Of a stretch of DNA of 64,000 nucleotides, positions 28,362-42,010 are shown piece after piece. Below the pieces are notes generated by a model. The model did not search any database. It was not told where the DNA came from and saw only the letters and a program-made list of their open reading frames with translations. The position numbers were made by a program, and so were the translations under genes. The first letter of the stretch is position 1. Every line of letters starts with the position of its first letter. The stretch is from Octopus sinensis (Eukaryota), in the NCBI RefSeq assembly GCF_006345805.1, contig NC_043002.1, forward strand, positions 56,978,001 to 57,042,000, written 5' to 3'.

Positions 28362-28660
28362 TAGAGAAAGAGAAAGTGAGTGAGAGAGAAAGAGAAGCGA
28401 GAGCGAAATAAAGTGTGTGTGTGTGTATGGGGGGGGGAGAACCAAAACGAAACTACATTCCCCTCGGTGACTATCGAAAAAAATGACTGACAACACCTTT
28501 TAAACTGCGCCATGATATTGTAGAAATTTAGGTCATTAAATCCACTGTTGCCAGGTCAATCTCTCTATTTCGGAGACAAAAAAATAAGTGAAATTGTTTC
28601 TCGACTCTGACATGTTCCGTTCTGACTTGTTTCATTAACAATACACTTTGTCATCGCATT

Positions 28661-28760
28661 NNNNNNNNNNNNNNNNNNNNNNNNNNNNNNNNNNNNNNNN
28701 NNNNNNNNNNNNNNNNNNNNNNNNNNNNNNNNNNNNNNNNNNNNNNNNNNNNNNNNNNNN
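28661..28760. other. Assembly gap (100 N)
   Basis: Run of n. Confidence 1.
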
Positions 28761-29171
28761 GGATACGTAGCCCCGATTATATAGGTAAACAGTAAAATTA
28801 AATACAGACATGGACAAGAATGAAACACCACAGAGACACACAACAAGAACACCACAGGACGGGACATTCGAAGCCCTCAAGTCATCAGTCAAGAACCAGA
28901 TCATCTTAGCAATTTCGGCTGATTAATCTTGAGATTGCTCCGATATGGGCCAGCCCGCCAAGGGAAAATCTAAGCCAAGCGCATTAGATCCCCTGGAAGA
29001 AAGCTTCGAATGTATACAACGAAAAGGACGGAAAACGATCAAGTACACAATATATATATTAAAGACTGGTACTCATCTTATCGGTTTCTTTTGCCGAACT
29101 GCAAAATTCTGAGGATGTACACACACCAACATCGGTTGTCAAGTGGTAGTGGGGGACAAACGCGGACACAA

Positions 29172-29204
<33 letters not shown>

Positions 29205-29835
29205 ACATGCTTCTTTCAGTTTCCGTCTACCAAATCCTCTCACAAGGCTTTGGTCGGCCCAAGGCTATACTAGAAGACACTTGCCCGAGGTACCACGCAG
29301 TGGGAATGTACCCAGAACCATGTGGTCGGGATGCAAATTTCTCACCGCACAGCGACGCTGTGTGGTAAATACCAGTCCAAAAAAAAATCCCGGAGTCCAT
29401 TCATTCGGCTAAAAATTCTTCAAGGCGGTGCCCCAGCATGGCCGCAGTCTATGACAAAAGCAAGCAAAAGCTAATAAATAAAACAAATAAAGACTTTGCG
29501 GAAATGAATTGACGAGAACAATGAAGGTAGGCAAAACATGGAAGGCAAGATTAGCAACGCAGAAATTCTAAAGAAGGAGTGAGTTTTGTTGACGGCGGCT
29601 CCCGATTGAAGTATTACTTGTTGGAAGGACAAAGTAATAAAAAAAAAGATACAAAACCAACACAAACACAACATATATAAATATCACTTTAACAACGGGC
29701 AAGGAAGAGATCCCCCCCCGCCGCAGGAAATAAATAAAACGACGGATGAGGTCGTGGTGGTGGTGGTGGGGGAGGAAGAAACCCCCGGACAGTTTGAACT
29801 TACGCACCTTTCAGTTTGAACCGACGCCTCCAACT

Positions 29836-30450
29836 GCCATCGCCGCCATTAGCGTCATCAGCGCCATCGCCGCCATCAGCGTCATCAGCGCCATCGCCGC
29901 CATTAGCGTCATCAGCGCCATCGCCGCCATCAGCGTCATCAGCGTCATCGCCGCCAACGCCGCCGCTATCACCACCACCACTACCACCATCACCACCACC
30001 ACCACCACCACTACCACCACCACTATAATTCGAACCTATATCGTCAGTACCTCACATCCTCTGCTTTCTTTTCACCAGTATTGTCGTCATCATCATCATC
30101 ATTGTAATCATCATCACCGTCATCACCATAATGATGATAATAATCATTATCATCACCATCATCATCATCCTGCTCTTCTTCCTCCTCATCATCATCCTGC
30201 CCCCTCCTCGTCGTCGTCGTCGTTGTCGTTGCTGTCATGATGACGATGATGATAATTGAAGATGACGGTAATCATCATCATCATCATCATCATCGCTGCC
30301 GTCACCACTTCCTCCACTAAATGCATCATGTCATCACCATCATCACGATGACAACTTCATGCTCCCTCCTCCACCAACAACCACTTCCCACCACCTCCAC
30401 CACCTCCACCACCACCACCATTACCAACAGCACCACCACTGCCCCCGCCG
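29836..30450. repeat. 27-bp minisatellite (gccatcgccgccatYagcgtcatcagc)n grading into (CAC)n/(CAT)n/(GTC)n trinucleotide tracts
   Basis: About four near-perfect 27-mers at 29836-29955, then degenerate triplet repeats. Confidence 0.85.
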
Positions 30451-30814
30451 TCGCTCCGCCTGCCCCACCCCACTCTACACGGTGCTGCGGAAGAAGCTAA
30501 TTAAGCCGCCTGTTAGAAGACTTTTCTCCTACAAGTCTGTTGAATGCCTTTTAAGGCATCGGTCACTTCTTCCTTCTGCACTGACCTGGACAATTGTCAT
30601 GAAGGCAGGAGTGTTGCCATTAGTAACAACATGACCAGCTTCAATAAGTAGTTTTCTCTCTCTTTCATTACTCTCTCCTCCTCCTTCTCTCTCTACTCTC
30701 TCTCTCTCAATTTCTCTCCCTCTTCTTCTTTATCTGAGTCTCTCTCCGCACTTTTATGTAATGCCCCTGTGTGTGTGTGTGTGTGTGTGTTGTGTGTGTG
30801 TGTGTGTGAGCAAG

Positions 30815-30854
<40 letters not shown>

Positions 30855-30912
30855 CGAGAGAGGGAGTGTATATGTGAGAGAGAGAGCGAGAGAGAAAGAG
30901 AGTGTGTGTATA

Positions 30913-30946
<34 letters not shown>

Positions 30947-31190
30947 TGAGAGAGAGAGAGAGTGAGAGAGAGAGAGAGATACGGAGGCATATCAAATACC
31001 ATACAACATTAAGTTCATGGTTTATTAAAATGACCGCAGTCTTCGGAGTAGTGGGTTTCGCCATCTAGGGACCCCTTTAATTACTATCTTATTTTGGTGG
31101 TCCCCTCCACCCCATGGCCATTCGATGTTTAAAAACTATGTACGCTGTTTACATTAGTCGGGATGATGTCCTCATCTTGGTTGTTGCTTT

Positions 31191-31314
31191 GCACTAATTT
31201 CGGCTGTTGTATGCTCTAGCCTTCTTCAGGTGTCTTGTAATTCACTTTATCGCCTTGCCTGAGATTGAACTCAGAACTCACAGGTAACTGCAACGCCTTA
31301 ATTCCACTAAGCTG
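31191..31314 (-). mobile_element. tRNA-like head followed by a degenerate HHR (related to the 49.5-kb motif)
   Basis: Minus strand: CAGCTTAGTGG ... GAGTTCAATCTC, then gacac CTGAAGA aggct..agcc GAAA ttagtgc; stem III is broken. Confidence 0.45.
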
Positions 31315-31631
31315 AATTACAAAGCACCTGGAAAAAAGCTGGTGCATACTACAAGCACCTGAAAAAGCTGGTGCATACTACAAGCAAAACGTAGTGAAAG
31401 CAATAGTCAAGATAAAGGCACCGTTCTGACTAATGTTAAAAAAATGTACATTATAGAAATTCCACACCTTAGAAAAAAAAAAAGGATTGTTTAAAAACTA
31501 GTTTTATAGATATTTCTTTCAAAATTCCTATTTTGTTATTCATATATTAACTTGTGTAGGTTGAATTGTGTATAAAGAAAGAAACCCGTTTCTAGCAATA
31601 AAAAAACATTTAAATCAAAATTTTTATGTGG

Positions 31632-33360
31632 ACACTTAAAATGCGACAGTAGATACTGTGCAAAGTATTTGTTCCATATTTCAAGCTTATATATACCTCT
31701 TGCAATTGAAGGGATTTCCATGCTCATCACAAATTTGCTGAATACCTTTCTATCGCTTTCCTTTCGTCTACATCATCACCGCTTTGTAAGCCTTTTTGTG
31801 TTGGCGGGTCATGTCAAAGGAGATACTTAAAATGCTACAGTAGATACTGTGCAAAGTATTTGTTCCATGTTTCAAGCTTATCCCTTTTGCAATTGAAGGG
31901 GTTTCCATGCTCATCACAAATTTGGGGAATACCTTGCTACCGGTTTCTTTTCGTCAACATCTTCACCGCTTTGGCGGGCTATGTCAAAGGAATAAATTTT
32001 CTTGCAGAAGCTTAGTATGTGTCACTCTCTGTCTTGCTTGTAAGATCAATTAACTAAATAATCGGCATTGATGACGTCTCTCTGAGATTCATTTTGTCTG
32101 AGGTATTTCATCTTCAAATTATTGCGATTGTCTATCAGTTTCAATGTGACTTCAGAAACCTATGGTAAGTTTTTACCATTAGGAGTGCATTTGCCAATTG
32201 TTTCCTCTGCGGTTTTTGTGATGGCTGATGTTAAAATATTGTTAATTTCGTCGGCGCTTATGTCATTGTTGCTACCGATATTCTATTTTAGTTTGGTGTG
32301 GAAGTTTGTTTTTTTCTTATTGTCATTTGGCAGCATCCTCCAATTAAACGTCGTACGCTTCTTGAATTCCTGCGCTTGTCTATTAAATTCCAATCGGAAG
32401 TGGCAGGAAACAAGTAGACGCGACAGTTAGTGAATGAGCTCATACACTTTGCTATTAGAGCAATATGGTCCAACTCCCTTTTATACTCATTGCGATGCAT
32501 CCAGCTCCACTTTCTCTTGTTCTTGTGTTTGCAATGGGATTGCAAATCCGTCGGGTTACTGGATGAACGGAAGTTAGTACATCTGCTTCTATTATCATTT
32601 GCGACCTTACGATATGTATATTTTCCGACTGCTATACCTCGACCATCGTGGCCAATTTGTGCATTCATACTTCTAAGGAGAACTACTATGTCACGCCTAG
32701 GGTAAGTTTTGTACGCTTCTGTAAGCTGGTCGTAGAATCGGTCTTTATCTTCACCAACTGCAGTTTCTGTTGGTGCGTGACGTGTAAATATTTGCAGCCG
32801 CGGATTTCCTTGGATAGTTGCCTGAATAATCCAGTTACCAGCTGCAAAAGCCCAACATCCACCTCAACACGGTGCAGGTGGTGGAAACGCTGGGTTATAT
32901 TCCCAGTAGGTTGACGAAGGCTCTGGTAGAGATAGTAGGGCTAATCAGCCACTATTTGATTCTTGCTGATTACAAAAGGAAAACAAGATGAGATCAAACA
33001 TTGGTGGTCGCATCAGGAAAGACATGAACATGTCAACATGAAGCTGTCATACCAAAGCCATTTCGCACACGTGAATGCAGATGTGTTAAAAAAGAGGCTG
33101 CTCACACTTGTCTTCTCTGCTTATAATGTTCGAACACTATTGAAGTGTGGCAAATTTGATCAATTGACACACGAAGCGGAGAAGCAGTCGATTGATGTTA
33201 AAGGCATCCCGGAACATAGATGGAAAGTTGCCCGAAGACTAAAACACTGTACACACTCAGGATGGAACATGCGTGTCGTATCACTACACTATGCAGATAC
33301 AAGAAGCAACGTTAGAGTTGAAATTCTTGTCCAGAAGCGTCTTTATAAATTTACATCATC
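31632..33360 (-). mobile_element. RTE-type LINE 5' half (APE endonuclease region), with an internal ~180-bp tandem duplication at 31632-31991
   Basis: [16 protein letters not shown] and KRKWSW..RELDHIAL (APE motifs), then DEHGNP..WNKYF linker duplicated. Confidence 0.7.
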
Positions 33361-33401
33361 GGTTAAAAAACCATATGTATATATATATGTATATATATAT
33401 A

Positions 33402-33481
<80 letters not shown>

Positions 33482-33562
33482 GCATATATATGTGTATATA
33501 TATATGCATGTATAAATATATATGTATGTATATATGTATATATATGTGTATATATATATGCC

Positions 33563-33608
<46 letters not shown>

Positions 33609-33669
33609 CATATATATATGTATGTATGTATATATATGTGTATGTGTATGTATATAATGTGTATATATA

Positions 33670-33755
<86 letters not shown>

Positions 33756-33787
33756 ATATATATGTATGTATATATATATGTATATGT

Positions 33788-34066
33788 ATATGAAAGAAAA
33801 AAGATGTTCAGAATGCTGGATGGTTGTAAAAATATATATTTTTATTTACATATCATATATTATTACTTCATATTAGCGCTTTCAACTACTCCTGTAGTTT
33901 CATCAGAAATGTCCGTTTTAAAGGCAAAACTTTTAAAACTGATATTTCTGATGAAACTACAGGAGTAGTTGAAAGCCCTAATATGAAGTAATAATATATG
34001 ATATATAAATAAAAAAAAATATTTTTACAACCATCCAGCATTCTGAACATCTTTTTTCTTTCATAT
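33788..34066. repeat. Fold-back element (~135-bp arms) adjoining (TA)n, with an HHR in each arm
   Basis: Arms ~33788-33922 and ~33931-34066 are reverse complements (the ORF track also shows mirrored peptides). Confidence 0.85.
33869..33911 (-). ncRNA. Minimal type I hammerhead ribozyme candidate
   Basis: CAUUU CUGAUGA AACUAC-AGGA-GUAGUU GAAA G-CG-C UA^AUAUG: perfect 6-bp stem II, palindromic stem III, stem I with one U.U mismatch, CUA triplet. Mirror copy at 33943-33985 (+). Confidence 0.7.
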
Positions 34067-34862
34067 ATATTAAATCCGTACATCACCCCCAGTACTTCTA
34101 ACATATATATCTGTATATTAGAATTCTGAAATGCGAAAAGTTTGTTTGTTTGTCTGGTTTTGGCATTGAGAACGGGTTAAAGGTCACTAGATCCCGTCGG
34201 ATTGACTCCAAAATTTACAGGAACATGTAAAATGAGGAGAGGATACGAGTGGGCTAGGTTAGAAATCCCCATCTTAAAAGGTGTCGTTGCTAGTGCCAAA
34301 AACGTACTCTGACAAGTCTACTCTCATTCTTTTATGTATCTGTCTTCTTCCATCACTCACTCTCTTTCCTCCCTTCCTTTCACATTCTATCTATAACGTC
34401 GTTTCACAGCGTCTATTATCTTTCCCTCGCCGCCATCGCATTCTATTGTCTGCCTGTCTTCCTCCATCTCTCTCTCTCTCTCCTCCCTTCCTTTCACTTT
34501 CTCTCTATAACGTCATTTGATAGCGTCTACTATCTTTCCTTCGTCAGCGCTGTCTCTCTCTCTCTCTACGTCTGTCTGCATTCATAAAGAGAATTATCAT
34601 CGCCACCACCACCACCACCATCACAAAATCATGAGAACAAATATTATGAATCAGATATTTATTGGGTTAATTTATATGTGTGTGTGTGTGTGTGTGTTCT
34701 GTATATAAATATGTATATATAATGTATATATACAAAGTGTATATATCTGTATTTATATATATATAATTTGTATATATATTGCGTAAACACACACACATAT
34801 ATATATATAATGCGTACACACACACACACATATATATATATAATGCGTATATATGTACATAT

Positions 34863-34956
<94 letters not shown>

Positions 34957-36719
34957 GTGCATTATGTGGTCGGTTGAGCTGAAAATATGCACACCTATGT
35001 TAAAAGTGCTGGCGAGTTTGCATGGCAACTATTTTTTCCTTCAAATGAAAGGTGCGACCTCTAGAACAAAATTCCTCATCTTATAAAATGTGGCCCGAGT
35101 AGACCCGAATGAAATCGGGTTATATTAACCAAAACGTGAAAAGAGGTCTAAATGGGGCTTGAAGGGGATTAAAATTTACAGGAGCGGGTATTTAGGAATT
35201 CCCTGTTACATCAAGCTAAACAATTTGCGCCAGCCTTTAAACCATCAATGTGTTGCCGTCCATGATGAAGAAGTTTTGAATGCTTGCCATGGTGAGTCTA
35301 CTGTCGTGAGAAAAAATCATTTCAAAACTTGGTGTTTAGGAATTTTCTTTTACATCAAGTTCAAAATTTTACGCCAGCCGTTAAACTGCCACTACGTTGC
35401 TGTTCGTCGTTAAGAAATGCCAGCCATGGTGACTCTACTGTCCTCAGATTCTCTCCCCTCAAACTTTGGTTTCCAATATTTTTATTCAGCTCGCAAGTTC
35501 GTCTGTCCCTATAAAATGTTAGTGTTTTGCTGTCTGCCTTGAAGCAGACCTTTCCGTTGTCACTGCCTGATATTTATGATTGAAATTTCAAAATATTTAC
35601 TTTCTCAACTTACTCAAGATCTTTTGTTGTTTATAAATGGGAGACAGATAGATAAAGAAAAATAGAGAGTAAGAGAAAGCGAGGGAGAGTCCGAGAGAAA
35701 TGAAGAGTAAGAGAGTGGGAAAGTGAGAGAGAAAGGAGGGAGAATGTAGTGATAAAAAGCAGAAAGGAAGCAACAGAAAGTAACAACCACACTCTTACCC
35801 GCGCGTAGAGCGGGTCACCTTAAGCTAATATGTATATATGCATATATATGTGTATGTGTATATATGTGTGTGTATATATATGTGCATGTGTATATATGTG
35901 TGTGTATATATGTGTGTGTATGTATATATATATGTGTGCATGTACATATATGTGTGTGCATGCATATATATGTGTGTGTATGTATATATATATATATATG
36001 TATGTATATATACATATATAGGTATATATATGTGTATGTATATATATATATGTGTGTATGTATATATATATGTATGTATATGTATATACGTATGTGTGTA
36101 TATATATGTGTGTGTGTGTATGTGTATGTGTATATATGTATGTGTGTATATATATGCGTATGGATATATATGTGTGTGCGCGCGCGCCTTTGTATATATA
36201 CGTGTGTGTATGTGTGTGTGTGTGCATGCGCGCGCGCGTGTAGATACGTACACCCCCACCCTTATAGACACTTTTTAATACATACACACGCACCTCCACA
36301 AATATACATATGTATTTTTGTGTGTGAATATGTGTGTGTATGCATGTATGTATATATATAGGCACAAACACACACACTAACACGCACACACACATATGAC
36401 CTTCAGATGCACAATGACAACCATTAAATTTCTTTGACATGAACTATGAACAGTAAAACACATGCGGGTGTGACAGACCATGAAATGCCAAATAACTATA
36501 AAATATACGACAATCACATCTAAGTCGTTTACGTTCTGAGTTCAAATTCCACCGAGGTTGATTTTTCCTTTCATCCTTTCGGGGTCGATTAAATAAGAAC
36601 CAGTTGCTCTCTGGGGTCGATCTAATCGACTTAATCCCTTTGTCTGTTTTTGTTTGTCCCCGCTGTGTTTAGCTGTCTGTCGGCAATAAAGAAATAAATT
36701 ATTATTATCATTATTATTA

Positions 36720-36762
<43 letters not shown>

Positions 36763-37249
36763 GTTATTGTTATGGGTGCAGAGGCACTTCACTTCGCTGA
36801 CTTTATAAAATATAAAGCTATTTGAAAGCAGTGTTGACTGTGGGTTTATCATTAAAGGCAAGACAGTCAAATGGAAGTCAATGTCTCACTCGACACACCT
36901 AATGTTGCGGCTTATACCGTCTTACCTGCCCGACAAGATGATCATACAAAAAATAGTCTTTGTATTCTGATCAATAAAACCATTTAGTATATTTACTGAG
37001 CCATTTTCTCAAGTGTTTCTTTCAGATATGAGTGACGTAATCTTCAACGATATGACAGTGATAAAATCAGCGATGATGGTGATGATGATGATGACGACAA
37101 CAATAACGATTTCAAAAATTTGGCACAAGGCCAGCAATTCTGAAGGAAGGGGGACTTATACGATTGCATCGATCCCTGTATTTGACTGGTGCTTTATTTT
37201 ATTGACCCCTAAAGAAGGAATGGCAAAAAAAAAAAAAAAAAACTGAATG

Positions 37250-38300
37250 GAAGAAATGAGTTTCAGCCAGTTAATGGGCGAGTGCATTATTGAAGTGTGG
37301 CGGAGTCATTATCAGTCGGAGGGGAGAGGAGTTATGGAGACCAGAAAGGAAATCGAGAAATCTACAGGTAACGCATTGAGCATTCCATGTCAAGAGCGAA
37401 GTGACGTACTGTGTGTAACAAGGCACGAAGGTAGGCGAGGGCTAATCAATTGTGTGAGTTGTATATTTGCTCAGAAGAAAATAGTCTGGGATGGTATATC
37501 AAAAGCACCATGGCTCTCTTGAGAATATCTGGTATAATCAGGACAGATAGTTGCATGGAGACAGAGGAGTACCAAGAGAAAAAAAAGAGTAAAGGAGATG
37601 AAAGAACATGGCGTGGTAAAAAAATGTAGGGGCAGTTTGCCAAAGATGAGGAACACAAATGCCGATGGAAGGCCGCACTGGCAAAAGAAGAGAAACATGC
37701 AGCGAGAGAGAGAAGCGTTTATCTGTGTTCCGCCAGAACTAGTACCGAGGACAAATTTCACCGAACACAGGATTGGCAAAACCACAGAAAGTGATAATGG
37801 CAGTTTGTGCGTAGATAAAGAGGAGGGTGTGTGGCATACTGTGAATGAGTGCGATGAAACTGGTCTAAAAAGCATGTTAAAAAAAGACGCGATAATTTCG
37901 CATGAATGATTCCCTGGCGGTTGTGTCACAAGTGTGGATTGGATAGAACAAAGACGTGGTGTGGGCGAACCCAACAAGGAGAAATCGAGAACGATAAAGT
38001 AAAAATACTGTGGGATGAAATTGAAGATTGAAAGCCGGATATAGTAGTTGTGAAGAAAGAGGTGGGGAGACAGGTTTAATCATAGATATTGCATGCCCTG
38101 TTGGTGACAGAAAGAGAAGAAGAGAAGCAGGTCAGATATGATGAGTTGTAGTAAGAGAGAAAAAGACTGTGGTTATTGAGAAAGGTGGGCGTCGTTGGAG
38201 CCCGGGAACTACGAAGCACATAAAATTGGATTGAAAAGATTAGGGGTAAATGTGAAGATAGAACGTCTACAGAAGAAGGAGTTGTTTGGAACTGTATGAA
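37250..38300 (+). mobile_element. R4/Dong-like non-LTR retrotransposon 3' remnant (CCHC knuckle + restriction-like endonuclease)
   Basis: SLCVDKEEGVWHTVNEC..HE, ENDKVKILWD, ..IIDIACP, in degenerate form. Confidence 0.65.
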
Positions 38301-39019
38301 TCATGTCCCTGCAAAAACATTTCTTGAAATCTGAATGAAGAGTGTTACTTTAATCCATTGGTTGGGGACAGACGACACTTTGTTATTCCACCTCCTCCCA
38401 CCAATGAAGGTGTTGTGTATACAACAACAACAACAGCTTCTTACAGAAGTAAATAAGTAAGATTTTATTGAGTAAGGAACAGTCAATCATATTGAGTCCA
38501 GTATTTGACTGGTGCTTTATGCTATCGAAGTTAAATATGCTTACATAAACAGTTAATCCACGATTGAATCCATTCCAACCATGCCATCTCCCTAGTAGCA
38601 ACAATTTCATATAGAGATAATTTCTTATACAAACCCTTATACAAACATTGGCCCAGAGAAAACCAATCGCAGAGAACTATTAAAGCCGATCAACTTAATG
38701 AGGCGCAGGCGTGGCTGTGTGGTAAGAAGTTTACTTCCCAACCACATGGTTCTAAGTTCAGTTCTAGACACTTTGGGCAAGTGTCTTCTACTATGGCCTA
38801 GGGCTGACCAAAGCTTTGTGGGTGGATTTGGCTGACGGAAACTGAAAGAAGCCCGTCGTATATGCACATATGTATGTATATTTATCTTTATTTTTTACTT
38901 GCTTCAGTCATTACACTGCGGCCATACTGGGGCTTCCTCGTGTTCTTTTCTGTTGAAGAGCGTAGGCACGAAACGTAAAAGACTTTCTCACCTCCCGAGT
39001 GTCAAACTAATACACCTGT

Positions 39020-40020
39020 TTGTTAAACTTACCAGTTAAATATATCGGCCTCGGCCTCCGGTCTCCTATCTCACGGGCCTCGTCGGCTTTTCTCTTGTCG
39101 GTGACCTCTTGCTGTGTACTTAACAACAGGATTCACTACAACACAACTGAACCTAGTGTGATCGGGAAGTGCGAGATGGCCCACGTGACACGGAGCCAGC
39201 TCCGTCTGCGCACTGCGGACGTCCATCCTCCTTTCCCTTCTGTGGACGTCCGGTCGTGTCAAAACAAATGAGACACCATCCTGTGTAGCATGATCTCAGA
39301 CGAGTTAGTGCATCGACTTGACCAGCACCGTCTGGTGCGTTTCTGCTCAACCTCCCGGCTCCAAAGCGGAGTCTGGCTCAATGTGGTACCAGCTTGGTAG
39401 TGACTACCACTCAGCTTGGTAGCGACTTCCTGCACATCAGTGTTTCCTTGAGGCTTGTCCTCTAGGTCTGTGAGCCTCATGAATGCCGTTGCGGATCAAC
39501 TGTGGATTCTTTCGACCTCCACCCATTGTCATGTTGTCATAGTGTTGGCTACCTACCACCCCATGCTGTCCTTAACGAGTTCATAAAGCATGACCTAGAG
39601 GTCGCAAGCTTCTCTCCTTAGCTCGAGCTAGCGTGGCTGGACTGAGGGAGATGGTGAAAGACCTGACGGTATGGCAGTTTTCTCGTTCCGCGATAATGGA
39701 CTCTTCATCTGGGATTTCACATGCTGTGACACCTTCTCTTGGTGTGATCAGCTATCAGCCCAGGCTCCACTGCTCGTCAAACTGAGAAAGGCAAACTGTT
39801 AAAATATCGGTCTTTCTCTGATAGGTTTATGGTCGAGCCTCTGGCAGTGGAGACCTCCGGACCACATCCCTGCTCACCGCGGTCAGAGATGGCTGTCCAC
39901 AAGTGCAAGCCCCGTGAGCCAGAGCGGCTGTTCCAACGCACCTCCCTTACCATTCTGCAGGGCAACGCCTTTTCCGTTTGGTCTGCCAGGACCATGAAGC
40001 AGTCTGACAAGCCTTTTTAG
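39020..40020 (+). mobile_element. CRE-clade non-LTR retrotransposon 3' remnant (REL endonuclease); related fragment at ~27290-27425 (-)
   Basis: ECRCGSTVD..LHPLSC..HAVLNE, RPDGMAVFSF..WDFTCCDT, PLAVETSGP, LFQRTSLTILQGNA. Confidence 0.7.
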
Positions 40021-40194
40021 AAATTAATTAAACAAACACAGAACTAAATAATTATAAATTCAGTAACTATGCCTAGACAGGCGTAATATTTTCCTGGTTT
40101 CAAATGTTTTATTCAATAACCTTTGATTCTTTGTTCGTTTTATTTTCTTTATATTTTCGTGGAAAAAGTAACCTTTCCGAATGTTATGACTAGA

Positions 40195-40525
40195 TTTATT
40201 ACCTCCGCCTTCAATCGTGTTTGTTTGTTTGTCCGTGGATAAGATAATCTCAAAAACCCCTGGATGGATTCGGATGAAACTTTCAGGACTGTCTGGCCTC
40301 GTGGCTGGCACAAACTGATTAAATTTTGAGATCGATCCAGTACCGGACAAGGATTCTGGATTATTTTTCCTGTTTTTTGTACTTAATTTTTGAGAGCGAT
40401 CGGGTTCATTTTCAGTATTCTCGTTTGTGAGGGCAGTCGAGTTTATTTCAGATATTCTCATTTTAAAAATCATCTCTGACTAATCGTTGAGAGGACGTTG
40501 GTGTTGCCTTAGAAGAGGTTTTGGT
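40195..40525 (+). mobile_element. Helentron-associated non-autonomous element (DINE/HINE-like)
   Basis: ttattacctccgcc..(gttt)n..gataatctcaaaaac..ggattcggatgaaacttt..gccttagaagaggttt layout; similar fragments at ~34090, ~49140 and ~53630-54170. Confidence 0.5.
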
Positions 40526-40604
40526 AAATATATCTGTTAAAATGAGATGCCAACATTATTTTCATTTTTGCGTAATTTAGACGGCAATTTATTCATCGCA
40601 CCCT

Positions 40605-40662
<58 letters not shown>

Positions 40663-40674
40663 TGTGTGTGTGTG

Positions 40675-40705
<31 letters not shown>

Positions 40706-40916
40706 TATACATATATGCACATCCTTCGCGTATGCATGTATATATGTATATGTGTGTGTGTGTGTGTGTGGATACATATGTATGTATACATATATGTATC
40801 TTTAAATCGTTAAATTGTTTCAGCTTTAAAGCTATGGTCATTCTGGGGCGCCACCGTATGTATGTACGTATATATGTAGATATGTTTGTGTGTGTGTGTG
40901 TGTGTGTGTTTGTGAG

Positions 40917-42010
40917 ACACGAGGTGCATTCCTGAAGTTTTGCGACTTTTTTTGGACAAGCAGTTATGACTGTCCTAGATTATTATTATTATCTTAGAGT
41001 GTCATTACAATACGTCTAATAAGCTAGCCTGCCACCAACTTTTATTCCAGATTGAAGGAGAAGGCTGTAGCAGAACTTTAACCAGACCTTACTAAACGTT
41101 ACTTGTCACAACAGTCGAATCTCGAAGACAATGAAGTTTTGTGTTAAACCTGGAAAGAACGCTACGGAAAACCAGCATGAACTGCTCTAGGCTGCTTATG
41201 GATTAACTTGTATGAGCCAAGCATCTGTTTTTCACTGACACAAGAGAATGATGGAGAGAAGGTGAGAGACGATGAGAGGTGTGGGAGGTAGAGAATTGCC
41301 AGAACGTCAGAGTTGGTTGAGAAAATTTGCAATTTTCTGGATGAAGGTCGTTATGTGTCTATAAAGACAATAAGCATACAGTTTGGAGTTGGTGTGGCCA
41401 CTGAACACAGAATAATTCATGAAAACCTGAATATGCACAAAATTTATGCAAAGTTTGTTTCAAAACTGCTCAGTGATGATTAGAAGGAGAGACTTGTTGG
41501 TAACAGCAGGGTGATAGCTGAGTTTATTACCTCCAGTCCAAGAGTACTTGAGTCTCTGGTGACATACGACGAAAGCTGGATCTACTGTTGTGATTCAGAG
41601 ACCAAGAGACAGAGTGCCCAATGGAAGCATCTTGGCTCCCCCAGATCCAAGAAGGCTAGGCAAAGTAAGTTCACAGCAAGAGCATCATCTACATCCACTA
41701 AGTTCCCTCTAGCTAGATGGTCAACAAAGACTACTTTGTGAGGGTTTTGAGGGAGTTCAAGAAGAGATTTCATTGCAAAAGGCTAGAACTTTTTAATTCG
41801 AGACTGTGGAACCTGCACCAGGACAATGCACCAGTTCACAATTCAATCCTAATAACCAATGCCTTGATAGGGATGGGCATCAAACCTCTCCCTCATCCTC
41901 CGTACAGTCTAGACTCAGCTCCCTGTGACTTACGGTTGTTCTCCAATGTCGTTTTAAAGACACTGAGACGAAGGAGGCTGTGACAAGGGTCCAGGACACC
42001 TTCACTTTGG
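40917..42010 (+). mobile_element. mariner transposase remnant (second family)
   Basis: LVTYDESWIYCCDSETKRQS, HQDNAPVH, PHPPYSLDSAPCD. Confidence 0.85.

Noticed and set aside
28870-28925. Minus-strand GAAA...CTGATGA near the assembly gap
   Set aside because: No stem III or NUH triplet could be formed.
29746-30634. Ala/Ser/Thr/His-rich ORFs (AIAAISVIS repeats, poly-His)
   Set aside because: Minisatellite and triplet-repeat translations open in several frames; no splice or homology support.
30560-30650. Possible exon ASVTSSFCTDLDNCHEG.. (EGF-like start) or minus-strand LLIEAG..NGNTP (ankyrin-like)
   Set aside because: Weak splice signals, short similarity, and conflicting strands.
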